Below are positions 24,954 through 39,530 of a DNA stretch of 64,000 nt, piece by piece. A program made the translations under genes and the position numbers. Numbering within the stretch: position 1 is the first letter of the stretch; every line of letters begins with the position of its first letter. The notes beneath the pieces were generated by a model, which saw nothing but the letters and a program-made list of their open reading frames with translations, had not been told where the DNA came from and did no database searches. Origin of the DNA: Sphyrna mokarran (taxonomy: Eukaryota); assembly GCA_024679065.1 (NCBI GenBank), contig JAGIQG010000043.1, positions 2,728,001 to 2,792,000 of the forward strand, in the 5' to 3' direction.

Positions 24954-26254
24954 CTGAAAAGGATGGCGGGAGTGAATAATAAACTTTAAAAGAGAAATCA
25001 CTTCTAAACATGAAGGAGAACACCTGAAGGAAGTTTGGGCTAAATGGACATCGCTGTTTTGAAGGGCGAGTCTCAGCATGAGCTGAATGAAATCTTTCTG
25101 CTTGCATTGCTCAAAGATTCTTACCTATATTTAGGAACATAAAGCGAAACGGGTAAGTGCGTATTAACACGAACCTACCCTGGACAGGTGCAACCCAATG
25201 CAGTCTGACATATTTTAACAATTGGGCGCATACAAACGCTAAGATATATATTGATACACAAACACTCGGACACTTAAACATAGAGAAACACAGACAAACA
25301 GACTCAGATATTTCTCTATATGCATACATTTGCAGACACATGTTTAGATATTTTCAATACATGCATATAGACAGACATGCTCAGATATATATCGATACAC
25401 ACAAATAGACACACCTGCACTTAGTTATCTATTTATGCTCACACCTTGACATGCACTCGACGCAGATATTTACTTAGACAAGACATAGACACGCACATCA
25501 GATATTTATCTATAAGCACGTGCAAGCTCAAATATATATCTATACATACGTGCTTATTATAAACTCACACTCAGATATTTATCTATATACACATATTTAG
25601 ATATATAACTACATGGACAGACGTTCAATTATACACACACGTTTTGTAGTCTGAGATCACCTACCAACAGACTCAAGAACAACTTCTTCCCTGCTGCCAT
25701 TAGAGTTTTGAATAGACCTACCTTATAACAAGCTAATCTTTCTTTAAACGCTAGCTATGACTGTAACACTACATACTGCACCCCTTCCTTTCATTCTCCC
25801 CTACGGAGTCGATGAAGATCATCTTTTGTCTGTAGAGTACTCAAGAAACTGTACTTTTCACTGTAATGTAATACGCGTTCAATAATAAATCAAATGAAAT
25901 GAAACACACATACGCTCAGGGATATACTTGCGCGAACACAGATACACACAAGCACGCATACACACACACACACAAACACGCACACACACAGAAGCACACG
26001 NNNNNNNNNNNNNNNNNNNNNNNNNNNNNNNNNNNNNNNNNNNNNNNNNNNNNNNNNNNNNNNNNNNNNNNNNNNNNNNNNNNNNNNNNNNNNNNNNNNN
26101 NNNNNNNNNNNNNNNNNNNNNNNNNNNNNNNNNNNNNNNNNNNNNNNNNNNNNNNTCCAAACATACATATCCCCAGATGGCTGGGATCTACTGAATTAAT
26201 CCGATTGTCTGTAAATGTGAATTGAATCCTTCGATGTACAGAGTAACATCTCAC

Positions 26255-26584
26255 CTTTCCGTTTTTCTGTTGTTTTGACCTTCCACACACTCTTGGTCCA
26301 GTATTTCCCTGGAGTCCCCAGTTGAACAATACAACTACAGACAGCGCCGCTTCTCCAAGTGGCCCCCGACACCATGACATGACTTCTGATGCTGTAGGCC
26401 CCGTCCTCCTCCATTGTCCGTGGATCACTCGATCCTTCTGTGACCAGACCAGAAATATTCCAGAAAATAGAAATCTGGTTAGAAGAAACTCCACTGACCA
26501 AACACACTAAGGGCACGGTATCATTCACATCCAGCTCAGCCGGCGGGACAAATATCTGCACTGCCGTCTTGTTGGTAAAACTGC
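26255..26584 (-). CDS. Gene A exon 3: Ig C1-set domain
   Basis: tgtccag| acceptor, 330 nt, G|gtgag donor. VQIFVPP..LVCLVSG..IFWN..DGAYSIRSHV..TWRSGAVCSC is a C1-set pattern. Confidence 0.92.
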
Positions 26585-26674
26585 CTGGACAGAAATCGGG
26601 ATATAGTTAACGATTTATTAACACCAAATGGCATTGCTGTGCGCAATCTTAATTCATTTCACTTGCTCTCTTAC

Positions 26675-27007
26675 CTCCAACCAGTAGTGTGGGTCCATTC
26701 TGGAGCGGTGCATAGCTATACTCATCAGCACAGTAGTAGGAACCCGAGTCATTCGCCTGGACATTGCGAATTTCCAGTATCAATTCATGTTTGCCATTGC
26801 CTTTTTTAGAAACAAACTTACAATCGTCCCCCTGACAGGGTGGGATATCGATTAGTTTCGGCACTTCACCAACATTTTGTTTGTACCAGAAATAGCTGGC
26901 CACGAATACCACCTGGGATGTCTGGTGACAGGTTAAATCCACCGTCTGGCCGACTTCGGCTGTCACTGTGAAGGGCCTTTGAGATAGAGAGGACTCGGAA
27001 TCTGTAA
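26675..27007 (-). CDS. Gene A exon 2: germline-joined Ig V-set (VJ-type) domain
   Basis: ctctag| acceptor (in-frame alternative 6 nt in), 333 nt, phase 1-1, G|gtaag donor. Translation has LTC..WYKQ..LEIRNVQANDSGSYYC..LQNGPTLLVG, with the G strand in the same exon. Confidence 0.92.
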
Positions 27008-27588
27008 CTAGAGAGATTATTCACACATTTTCACATATTTCAACATAGAAAGTTGCCGTTTCAAAAAAAAAATAAGAATAATCTCATTATTATCTTCAGT
27101 TATATTTCTGGAGATTATATCCCAAATTGTGTTTTCTACGCTTGAAAGGAGGAAGCTGAAAATCCCTTGTACCAATCACTAAGTCGTATTTGCAATGTTG
27201 TAGCCGGGCGGCATGTGTTTGGCACCATGGGCTCACAGAGCTGAGGACCCGGGTTCAATTCCTGGCTTGGGTCAGTGTCTGTGCACGTTCTCCCCGTGCC
27301 TGCATGGGCATTTCCTCCCACTCATCGGAAGATGTGCTGTTTCGGTGCATTGGCCGTGCTAAATTCTGCCTCTGTGTCCCCGCACTGGCGCAGGAGTGTG
27401 GCGACTGGGGTCTTTTCACGGTAACTTCATTGCAGTGTCGGTGCAAAAAGTAAAGATTACTCGTCACAGGTAAGGCTCACATTAACACTGGAATGTGAAA
27501 TTCCCCTGGAAGCCGATTTGTGACACTAATGCTTAAAAAATTAACTTGGCTGCTGCCATTTTCAATGTCTCACCTGGCAAATACTCAC

Positions 27589-27643
27589 CATGACCCCACA
27601 GCGCATGGAGAATGAATATCAGGGATAAAGATTGCTGGGGCAT
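27589..27643 (-). CDS. Gene A exon 1: signal peptide MPQQSLSLIFILHALWGH
   Basis: ATG at 27643, 18 hydrophobic codons plus 1 nt, then a G|gtgagt donor. Phase 1 matches the V exon acceptor. Confidence 0.85.
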
Positions 27644-30600
27644 CTTGCACAGATGAGCAATATCTCCCTGTTTCCACACTCACACCAGTTTGTTTTTGCT
27701 GAGAGGTCCGAGGACTGACCTGGTCTCAGACCCAGTTAATTGTTGCACTTTATGATTGGGTGGAAACTGTGACAAGAGACAATGGAAAGTGTGACATAGT
27801 ACTGATGAAATTGCGCTGCTGAATGTCACGTGCATTTGTCGCACTGTGATCGCCGCCGACGTGTCACAGGGTCAAGTGATAGAATATTCACACAGAGCTT
27901 GACTGGTTTGACACACCGAGGGGACCACAAGATAATCATTGTGCGGATATGTGCAGAAAATGTGAGTTACAGTTTAATTTATTCTCAGGATATGCAATAC
28001 GGCGGTTTCGTTGAGAAGGATGAGGGCGGTGATCTCACTGTAACTTAGAGAACACTGAAAGGCCTTGTAGAGTGGGCATGGAGAAGATCTTCAGAATAGA
28101 ATAGAATAGAATAATTACAGTGCAGAAGGAGGCCATTTTAGCACTTAGAGATTCCACTGACAATGACCCCAGACAGGCGATATATCCGTAACGTATCTTA
28201 CATTCTGAGCACCCCCCCCACACCCACCTCCCAACACTAAGGGATAATTTAGCATGGCCAATCCAACAAACCCATACATCTTTGGGTTGTGGGAGGAAGC
28301 TGGAGTGTCGACAGGAATCCCACGCCGACACTGGGAGATTGTGCAAACTCAACACAGTCACGCAAGGCCAGAATTGAACCCGAGCCCCTAAGAGCTCTGA
28401 AATAGTAGTGCTAACCGCTTTGCCACCGTCCTTTAGTTGGAGAGACTCTGCACAGACTCAGAGTAAAGGGTTGACCCTTTCGCACCGAGAAGAGAAGGGA
28501 TTCCTTCAGCCAGAGAGACGTTAATATGTGGAATTCATTGCCACAAAAGGCTGTGAAGGCCAAGTCATTGAGCATAGTTAAAACAGAGATAGATAGGCTC
28601 CTGGTTGGCAAGTGGTTCAAAGGTTTCGAGGATAAGGCGGGAGAATGGGGTTGAGAAGCATATCAGCCATGATCGAATGCCGCAGCAGACTCGATGGGCA
28701 GAATGGCGTAATTATGGTCCTTTATCCTTATGGGCGCATTGCTCGGCGACATGTATGATTGATTGGTGGCATTGAGTTGCCATTGTAGAATGTATTGTCT
28801 ATATTATAGAAGTGTACAACACTTCGATGTTGTGCTGAGCATGACGGAAGTTAAACTTATCCCTTTTGCCTGACCTTGATCCATATCCCTCTGTATCTTG
28901 CATATTCATGTCCTTATCTAAAAGCCCCTGAAACGCCCCTCTCACGCCTGCCTCCAACACCACCTCAGACAGCGAGTTCCAGACTACTACCACTCTATGT
29001 AAACAATTTGCTCCTCACATTTCCTTTGAACTTTCCCCTCCGATTTAAGTACATGCCCCTTAGCAACGGGGAGGAATTTGAAATTTCACAGTAAGTTTTT
29101 TGCAGTGTTAATATGAGCCTTACTTCTGACTAATACATTGCATTTAAACTTGAAAAGGTTGACCCATATCCTCACCTTTGATCCCTGGTTCGTGACACAA
29201 TCTGCTTGCACAGAAACGGGGAAAGATTTGGATGGACTGTGTGTGAATAAATTTGAAACGCAGTGGAAGCTTTAGTGAGTTATTTCGATGCTCCCCTGAT
29301 GTAGAGAACACACTGTCCGTTGATTGCCAGAATACTTCACTTGTGAATTAATTTGCCTATCTTTGACTTATCTTCCAAATTGGGCGTTGAATAAACACAC
29401 GGACATGATGTCACATTCACCAGGATAGTATACATAAGATCATTCACGCAATAGGCTAGTTTTTGTTCATTGTATCAAAACTGGGAGCAGGCAGTCTGCT
29501 GTTTGCGGTTTCAAGTTGAGAGGTCCTCCCCAGGCAGTTCTGTGCGTGCAGTGCCTCAACTTTGAAAACAAGCAATTCACTGACAGCTTCTGGCTTGAAA
29601 ACATTTCCATCAGTGATGTAAAGTGGATAGAATCTTGGCTCGCGACTTGCACCCCTCGATACCGCAGAACATGCAAGCCGTCCTTGTGTGGGTAGAAGCT
29701 AGGAGCCGTGGACAGAGACAATGCGCCTCTTTGCTGTCACACCAATCCCTCTGTTATAGGGTCGACTGACTCGCTTCATTTTCATTCTAGGTCATGCACT
29801 TATGGAGGACAGTTCAGGCACTCAGCTACCAGTAGTCGGAAGCCAAACTACAAATTCATTCTACAAATCTTTTCATATTACAGGAGAAGCGATGGCTGAG
29901 TGGCATTATCGCTGGACTATTAATCCAAATACTCAACTGCTGTTCTGCCGACCCTGGTTCTAATCCTGCCACAATAGCTGGAGGAATGTGAATTCAGTAG
30001 AAGATATGTGGAATTCAAAGTCTACTGATGACCACATAACTATTTTCTATGATCTGGGAACCCCCCCCCCCCCCAAACTTCCTCAATACCCTTTAACGAA
30101 GGGAATCTGCTCCCCTTATCTATTCTGGCCTACACGTGACTCCGGATACACAGCAATGTTGTTGACTCTTAACTGCCCCCGGGCAACTAGGGATAGGCAA
30201 AAATTGCTGGACAGCCAGCGATGTCCAAGCGATGTGATCCTTTTGTGGCAACGCGCGTTTGCCCTTATTGTCCTGACGATTATGTGATATTGTTTCCTGA
30301 GGGTTCTTAGAGAATTTACACGTTTCACCGAATTCACTGCAGAACTAGGTCATGTTTCCAATGAGAGAATCCAATGAACATCTAATTTGCCCCATTAACA
30401 GTTCCAAATGTTTTGTCTGTTAGAATGATGCATAATGACCCTTTGCAATAACTGCCACGTTGATCAGGATTCTACTCTTTATTCTCATTGGGATTTGAAG
30501 TCTTAAGACAGCTGATAAGACGAGGGCTGATGTTTAGCAGGCACATTTTAAAATTAATGGTTTGTTTTAATTTGCATTGGCTTGAAACATCACTTGTAGT

Positions 30601-31189
30601 TCGTTGGTTTTCCCCTACCCCAACCGGAAATCTGAGTGAACAGCTCCCTCAAGGCAAAATGAGTGAATGATCCATTTAATAATATTGACCGGTAACTTCA
30701 TCACTCTTTTGGTCGAGAACTTCACCTTTTTGGTTTCCAGATCATCAGTAATCTGTCCTGGCCCCTTCATGCCGAAGATATGCTTAGGGAAACTCACCAA
30801 TGCCTCTAGTTTCTCAGATGGCTAAGGAAATTCGACGTTTCTGCGGATAAAACACATCCTTTCCGGATGTCACACAAGTTGGTACGGCTCCTGCTCTGAC
30901 CAACACTGCAAAAACTACAAATGGTTGTGAATGAGTTCATCTGTATTTCACTGTTGTCAAATTATTTAATCAAATCTGATGAACTCATTTATCTGTCATA
31001 TTGGCACTTCCTGGAATAGGCTGGGGTGCATTATCCACTGGACACTTCTAATTGAAGTTTGTTACAAGAGATTCACGCTTGCATTTTTCACTGATGTGCT
31101 GGGTTTCCCGTCATTGAGCTTAGAAACATGATTGGAGCTTCCTAATCTGTTAAATGTCGCAGTTAATACCTCCATTTGCTACTGAATGG

Positions 31190-32332
31190 AGCATAGAACA
31201 TAGACCATAGAACACTACAGCACAAACAGGCCCTTCGCCCCACAACTTGTGCCGAACACATCAAAACCTACCCAGCCATAGACCTATCTATAACCCCCAA
31301 TCCCATTGGATCCCATATACTCATCCAGAAGTCTTTTAAAATACCCCAGCGAGTTCGCCTCGACCACCACCGACGGCAGCCGATTCCATTCACTCACCAC
31401 CCTCTGAGTGAAAAACTTTCCCCTAGCATCCCCTCTGTACTTGCTTCCCTGCACCTTAAATCTGTGCCCTCTCGTCGCGACCATTTCAGCCCTGGGAAAT
31501 AGTCTCTGAGAGTCCACACTATCTATTCCTCTCAACATCTTGTAAACCTCTTTCAGGTCGCCTCTCAATCTTCGTCTCTCCAGGGAGAACAGTCCCAGCT
31601 CCCTCAACCTGTCTTCATAAGGCATGCCTCCCAACCCAGGCAACATCCTTGTAAATCTCCTCTGCACCCTTTCAATAGCTTCCACGTCCTTTCTATAGTG
31701 AGGCGACCAGAACTGCGCACAGTACTCCAAGTGTGGTCTGACAAGGGTCCTATAAAGCTGCAGCATTACCTCCTGACTCCTGAACTCAATCCCTCGATGA
31801 ATGAAGGCCAGTACACCGTAAGCTTTCTTAACCACATCCTCCACCTGGGAGGCCGATTTGAGAGTCTTATGGACCCGGACCCCAAGATCCCTCTGCTCTT
31901 CCACACAGCTAAGACTCCTACCTTTGATAGTGTACACATTCATCCCGTTGGATCTGCCAAAATGGACCATAACACATTTATCCGCGTTGAAGTCCATCTG
32001 CCAATTCTTCGCCCAGTCTTGCATCCTGTCGATGTCCTGCTGCAACTTCTGACATCCCTCCAGACCATCCACAACACCACCGACCTTCGTGTCATCGGCG
32101 AACTTACTACCCATCCCTCCACTTCCTCATCCAGGTCATTTATGAAAATGACAAACAGCAAGGGTCCTAGAACAGATCCTTGGGGTACTCCACTGGTGAC
32201 TGACCTCCATGCAGAAAAAGAACCATCCACAACCACCCTCTGCCTTCTGCAGGCAAGCCAGTTCCGGATCCACAAGGCCAAAGCCCCTTGGATCCCATGG
32301 CCTCTCACCTTCTCAAGAAGTCTTGCATGTGG
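31190..32332 (-). mobile_element. Young CR1 3' fragment, same subfamily as 23640-24535
   Basis: ORFs 31284-32114 and 31940-32308 ([12 protein letters not shown]), frameshifted. Confidence 0.95.
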
Positions 32333-34675
32333 AGCAGGACAGCAGTTGACAGTGATTTGCTTTAGTTCTGTCTATCGCATGCTGCATTCGCCGTTTGTCA
32401 CGCAAGTCTTCGTGTGCTGTACCTTAACGACGTTTCATTCTTTTTTAAGGTTCTGTCCCAGTCAGTACATTGTTCAAGTGAATTTCAAGATGGAGGAATA
32501 TTGATGCATGAGCTGAGGCGGACAGTATGAGGCAAATAGCAGAACGTTTTCTTGTCCATGGATGTGCTGTTGGCAAGTAACGTGCTCCAGAGATGTTGGG
32601 AACTCAGTGCATAAATCTGCGATTCCATCCGTGTTCAGCCTTTGTAGTACTGTAGCGCCACCTCAGGGATGGTGTTGGTAATGTCTAAGATTTCCTCGAC
32701 CGGATCTGATTTCCTGAGTTTGCTGATTTCCTGAGCATGCCGATTTACAGCTTTTTGTTTTCCTATTCGGGGGTAGGGGGTCGGCCGAGATGGCTGGGGG
32801 AGGGGTAGTAGGGAGGGGTCAGGAAAGGTATAGGTACAGAATGTATTTCCTCTAAACTTAGAAGAGAACACTCCCCCTCCCCCAGATGTTATTAAGGTGG
32901 ACTTTGAAGTGTGAACTTTGCATTTTTTTCTGCTGTTGTTTTTGGTGTCTCTATCAATATGGGGCGATTTTTCCTGATCTATTCTTATTGCACCATTTTT
33001 ATATCATGAGGTGACAGAAAAACTATCTCAAAGTTCCGGAATCATAAGTGGCCAATGTCAGACTGGGCGCAGAGTGCCCATTTCATACCCTAAATGTTTC
33101 TTTATGGCGATCGATCACGGTTTCGGAGTCTGTATAACCGGGAGATAGTTTTGGACTGTAACTACAATTACTTCTGTTATCAATTGAAATTTAATTCCAC
33201 ATTTTCCGAATTCTATTGTATATCCCAAACGGATTTGTCTGGATATTTCGAAGGATGTGACCACCGGTGGACTGTGTCCCTGTTTTTCAATTCAAGTGGT
33301 GTATCTTCTTTTAAATGACATTTTGATTTACATATTAATGTCATGGTTTTTCATGTGAAATATTTCATGACCAATATTCATCCCAGATTGCCTACAATCC
33401 ACGTGCCAGTTTCATGTTCTATGCACAACAAATGAACTGATATGAGGCTGATTTGACACCTACATATATACATCAGCGGGGGTGAATAAGGAGACACTTG
33501 AAACGTTTTTCTTCATTGAACAAAGACCGATATGAAGACAAGAAGGAGGCTAGAAGTTAAGTGGATTATCTAAGATTCCCAAACGGATCCACTGCAGTCA
33601 CGGACAGGAACTAAACGGTCAATCTAAATATCAAAGAATCTCAACAAACAACTAAACAATGTTAAGATAATGAGTTTTTATTAGTGCTATCGATAATAAT
33701 AATTACAGAAAGACATGATTGATTTCAATTTTTTTGGTCCTTTCCACGGACGGGCGAGTTTGAGAATCCCTGGGTCTTTACATGAACACTGGATGGCTTG
33801 TGGTAATATTACGGGATTTATTTTATAGATTAATTTGCTATAGGATCTGCACCCTAAAGTGCTTGTGTTTCCCTCGCGCCTGCTGTCCTTGCCCTTCGTG
33901 TTAATCAAAGGACAAGGGTAACAGAGGGATGAAAATTGCTTTCAATGGGGAAAATTGCTGCAGTGCATCTTGCCCGTGGTACTCACAGCTGTCACTGTGC
34001 ATTGGTGGAAGAGGGAGTGAATGTGAATTGTGTGTGAAACAATCAAGTGGGGCTGCTTTACTCACCTGACCAATCCTTTACATTGCCCATGTCTTGTTGC
34101 ATGCTGGGACGGAAGGTCTCAGTAACGGAGGAGTTTGGAACAGAACATAGTGTATCGATATTTAGCCTGTAGGTGACAATTCGAAGTGGAACAATCTTCG
34201 GTTGATCTGGACTCAAGAGTTAAAAGTACAGACAGAGAGATGGTTGCCTTTGGATTTGGGTTACGATTCAATAGCTCCAAATGGAATCCTGCCAAGGTCA
34301 GTTCAATCAAGTTGGACAGGTATTGGAGAAGGGCGGTATTGTCAACCCTGCTGCTGGCTACATGTGGAGAATGATGTGGAAGGAGAGATTATTGGAGTCA
34401 CTATCCCAAATGACATGTGAGGCCTTGAAATGGACCGTGGCCTGTGAAGGCAACTGATTGGAGGGAGGCAGAAATGGAATTATGGTGAAGCTGAGTGTGG
34501 AAATGAAATCTTACAGCATATTGGAGGACGTTGGCGAGGAAAGGGATGTTGGAAATGGGATGTGAACTGGAAAGGACAAAGGTTTTAAGAGTCTAATTCT
34601 GGATTGAGGTGAGAACAGCGTCTTTGCAGTGAGGGTTAATTACCAAGGAGACGGATCTACTTACAATATAGGCTC

Positions 34676-37600
34676 AGTAAGAAGTCTCACAACACCAGAT
34701 TAAAGTCAAACAAGTTTATTTGGTAGCACAAGCTACGAGCTTCAGGAGCACTGCCCCTTCATCAGGTAAATGGGAGTTCCGTTCACAATCAGGGCTTATA
34801 AAGACACAAACTCAATTTACAAAGTAATGGTTGGATTGCGAGACTTTATTTATAATCAAGTATCGAAGGCGCAGGCAATGTGAGTGGAGAGAGGTTTAAG
34901 CGCAGGTTAAAAAGGTGTATATTGTCTCCAGCCAGGACAGTTGGTGAGATTTTGCAAGCCCAGGCAATTCGTAGGGAGTTACAGATGGTGCATACTCAAT
35001 CTCACATGAAACTCTTCCCACTAACAGATCCACTGGAACAAAACTTGTTGTTGTGCCTGTTGTTCTCCCGCAATCGAGCATAAAACGTGCCAGTCCAGTA
35101 CAAAGAACAACAACAAAGAACAACACAGCACCGGAAACTTCGGCCCAACGAGCGCGCGCCGCCGTCCTAACGTCTTAATGACATATAGGGACCAATTTGT
35201 TACCCAATCAGCTTAAGAGAACATTTTTGGGATGTGGGACGAAACCGGAGCACCCGGAGAAAACCCACGCAATCACGGGGAGAACGCGCAAATTCCCACA
35301 GACACAGGCCCAAATCCATGTCTCTGCACAGCAACAGCGATAGTCCCTGAGCTGTCATGGTGCCCATCAGATGGTCCAGTTTAAGCATACACTACCGACG
35401 TGAAGCACTAGGCCACTCCTGAAGCAACATCCAAGAGCAGCTCTCGCATGACCTGCCGCATGCATGCCCTTGTTGGTCAACAAGGTGAATCGAACATCCT
35501 GTGGAAACAAATATGATATTTAAACAGTCCTACTATATCCCTCTATCTGCAGACCGTTCATGTGGCTGTCCAAGAGACCCTTAAACAACCCTAGCGTGCC
35601 TGCTCCCACCACCTTACTCGGTAGTGCATTCCACACCCCCACTACTCTTTGTGTGAAAAACTGCCCTCTAATATTCGTCTTATACATAGCCCCCCTCACC
35701 CTAAGGCCGTGACCCCTCGTTCTATCCTTTTCTAATGGTGGAAAAAGCTTACCACCATTTACTCTATCTATACCCCTCATAATCTTATATACCTCTAATA
35801 GATCCCCTCTCAGCCGACGTCTTTCAAGGGAAAACAACCCCAGTGCGTTCAATCTTTCCTCGTAAGACAGCCTTTCCATACCAGGCAGCATGCTGGTAAA
35901 TCTCCTCTGCACTCTCTCCAGGGCCTCCACATTTTTCCGGTAGTACGGCGACCAGAACTGGATGCAGTACTCCAAGTGAGGCCTAACCAACGTTCTATAC
36001 AATTGCAACATTAGACTTCTACTCTTGTATTCTATACCTCTTCCTATGAAGGCTAACATACCATACGCTTTCTTTATCACATTCTCCACTTGTACTGACA
36101 CCTTCAGAGACTTGTGAACCTGCACCCCCAGGTCTCTCTGCATCTCTATACTCCGGATAGTTTTACCTTTTATCCTATAACTCCCCGCTACATTTTTCCG
36201 GCCAAAATGCATCACCTCGCATGTATCCGGATTAAATTCCACTTGCCATCTATCTGCCCAATCTACCAGCCTATCTATTGTCCTGTTGGATTGGCTGGCA
36301 CTGCTCCTCATTCCTGCCAATCCAAGCATCTTAGTGTCATCAGCAAATTTGCTGATCACAGCACCTACCCCCTCTTCCAAGTCATTTATATAAACCACAA
36401 ATAGAAGAGATCCTAGTACTGAGCCCTGTGGCACGCCGCTAGTGACACACCTCCAGTTGGAAAAAGAGCCTTCCACTACTACCCGCTGTCTCCTCCTCCC
36501 AAGCCAGTTCTCAACCCATCAACATACCTGGCCCTGTATCCCATGCGCCTTCACCTTTTCTATCAGCCTACCATGAGGAAACTTGTCAAACGCCTTACTG
36601 AAATCCATGTAGACGACATCAACGTCTTGTCCTTCACCAACTGTTTTTGTCACCTCTTCAAAAAATTCCACTAGATTTGTAAGGCACGACCTCCCCTTAA
36701 CGAAGCCATGCTGCGTATCCCTGATCAGATCGCAGCGCTCCAGATGTTCATACATCCTGTCCCTGAGGATCCTCTCCATTAGCTTACCAGTCTCCTAAGC
36801 ATGCCGCCAGTTGCTTTGTCATACAATCATTGAAGTCATGAACGGTACGTTCCACTAGCCTATGGTTGAAAAGTGATCAGGTGCTGCTAAAATATGTTGG
36901 TAACCTTTGGAGAGCATGCATTGTTAGAAATTAGCGCCAGTAAAGTCCTCGCCGTTTGTAGGAAAACAGTCATCCTGGTATTCCTTCTACACTGGTACCT
37001 TGGTATGCCATAATATCTAGATCAATGTCTGAAAAGTAGTGTAGCCCTCTCGGTGCATCTGCAATCCATTTAAGTAGAAGTGCACCACGATTAAACCCGA
37101 GGAACTCATTAATGCCCATAGGCACTCATGGCCCTTCCAAGGCACTCCCAGATGTGTAGGAAAGCTAAGGGAGGGCGTATTTGATTTTCCTGGCACCGAT
37201 CACATTGGTTCACCAACTGTGATAACAACATCTGGAAGATATCTCGGACGAAGCTCCAAACCAGCGCGTTTTTTCAAATAATCTCAGGGAGACCCTTATT
37301 TCGTTGACTTGGAGGCCGTGCGGAGGGCGGAAAAATAATCGGACAGCCGAGGAGTGACCCCGTCCTCCGCATGAAGTAAGCTTCCTTAATGAGGTATGTT
37401 TTCATGTTTCCAAGGATGGTCCTTCGGATCCGCCATGCAGGATCACTGACTAATTTTAGGTCAGATAGAATCATTAGAGACGTTAATTTGCACTCTGGCC
37501 ACTGGAAAGGTCCCCAAAATATTGAGAGCCTTCATTATCCCCTTTTAATGCTGGTAAGTGAGCCAGGCTTGTGGCAACCAGAGATGTTGCAATGCATCAA

Positions 37601-37760
37601 CATTAACTATCTGGATTCCGGATCGCTGTTCCTGAAGATATTTGCAGGCTGACAATAAAGTCGAGCTATATCGGGACAGAGACTTTGGGGAGAAAGGGAG
37701 GTGGGACTGGTGGTAGGTGGAGAAAGAATGTGGAATTGCCTTATCCACTTGTAGAGGCTT
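34676..37760 (-). mobile_element. Degraded Penelope-like element interrupted by a CR1 (paralog ~55510-56760; related end at ~11000-11295)
   Basis: Terminal motif gtaagaagtctcacaacaccag..tttatttgg, recognised from shark Penelope-like repeats, plus a decayed coding body. Confidence 0.55.
35100..36790 (-). mobile_element. CR1 LINE (third subfamily) inserted in a Penelope-like element; absent from the paralog
   Basis: RT ORFs 35520-36476 and 36519-36779. The empty site ccagtctcct is at ~55772. Confidence 0.9.
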
Positions 37761-38329
37761 AATAGGTATTACAAAGAACAAAGAACAACACCACACGGAA
37801 AACACCCAACAAGCCCGCACCACCATTTTAACATTGCGAGTGCACACGTCTACCTAAACCTTTGTCTACACCTATTGGGGAATATTTAGGGAAGACTAAT
37901 TTAGGGACAATTTGATAACACCAATTGTGTTTATGTTTGGTAGCTAATTAAATAAACAATCTGAAACTGTTGATGGAAGTTCTGGACACCAAATTCAGCC
38001 TCGGCTCTGACAAAGGGTTATTCAGAACCCACAGCTCAGAAACGTTGTTCCTATTGTCTCTCCACTGATGCTCTCAGACCTGCTGAGATTTTCCAGAATT
38101 TCCTGCTTCTATTTCAGATTCCAGCACTAAATTGCTTTCAGCCAATTTATTAGAAGTGGCTTTACAACTCTAATCGGCTCTCGGAATCTGTATTGTTGGC
38201 TTATTATTCCATCACCTTTTGAAAATTCATTCTGTTGGCTATTTATAGCTGAAATCACAACCACACCCATTTGCTCAAATCTAGAATTACTAATTTTCCC
38301 AGTCTGCTCAGATGCAGACGTGGCGGGTC

Positions 38330-39530
38330 ATGGTCACAAAGCCCTATCATTGCAGATGTCACCATTACAGATGCCAGATCAGTCTTCTCGAAGGTGTACC
38401 TACGGAAAGCGATGGGCTGGGATGGGGTACCAGGATGAGCACTCAGATCCTGTGCAGATCAGCTGGCGGGAATATTCACAGACATCTTCAGTCTCTCTTT
38501 CCAACAGCCTGAAGTCCCTATCTGCTTCAACAATATCATCACCAACCCACTACCAAAGTAAAGCCTTAATAAAGCGTGAGGTCCCTATCTACTTCTAGAA
38601 GACAATCACCAACCCACTGCCAAAGTGTGCCTTAATAGCTATCGTCATGTGGCTCTGACATCCATCACTATGAAGATCTTTGAAAGGCTAGTCATGACAT
38701 AATCAATTCCAGCCTCCCAGACTGCCTGTATCGACGACTTTTTGCCTATCACTGCAACCGCTCCGCAGCAGACGTTATCTCTCTAGCCCTGCACTCAATT
38801 CTGGAACACAGAGGTAACAAAGGCACCTACGCCAGGCTCCTTTTTTATTGACTATAGCTAACCGTCAACACCATTATTCCTACCAAGCACATCTCCAATC
38901 TCAATGGCTTGGGCCACGCCCCCTTCCTCTGCCCCTGGATCCTGAACTTACTAATCCACAGACCACAATCAGTAAGAATAGGCAACAATGCTTGCTGTGA
39001 TGATCCTCAACACAGGTGCCCCATACGACTGTCTTCTCAGCCCCCAACTATACTCCTTATAAACCTATGACTGTCTGGCCAAATTCCCCTCCAGCTCCAT
39101 TTTTCGAGTTTGCTGATGACATCACGGTCGTCAGTCAGACCTCAAACAATGACGAGACAGGATTGTAGGAATGATATCGAGACTCTGGTGAACTGATGCG
39201 GCAATAATTATCTCTCCCTCACTGTCAGCAAAACGAAGAAGATTGTCATTGACTTCAGGAAGTGTAGCAGAGAACATGCCCCAGTCTATATCAGTGGGAA
39301 CGAATTTAAACGAGTCAAGATCATTCCTGATATTGCTTTTCTGCTACCATCAGACTTTGAATGGACCTATCTTGCATTCAGTTGATAGTTGATCTTTCTC
39401 TACACCCTAACTCTGACTGTAACACTGCAATCTCACCCTCTACTTTCTTTCTCTAGTGCTTTGTATGTAGAGCGCATATGAAACAATATCTTTCACTGTA
39501 TACTCATACATGTGACAATGATAAATCCAA
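38330..39530 (+). mobile_element. Degraded Rex1/Babar-type LINE RT and 3' end (paralog ~57320-58570)
   Basis: Remnants TMKIFERLV, WILNLL..QSVRIG, LNTGAPQGC.LSP.LYSL, FADD; tail ending gtgacaataataaatc. Confidence 0.75.

Noticed and set aside
27650-28050. CCAAT, TGGAAA (NFAT-like) and CACGTG motifs upstream of gene A; RUNX-like motifs near 7200-8200
   Set aside because: Short motifs expected by chance; no conservation or chromatin data.
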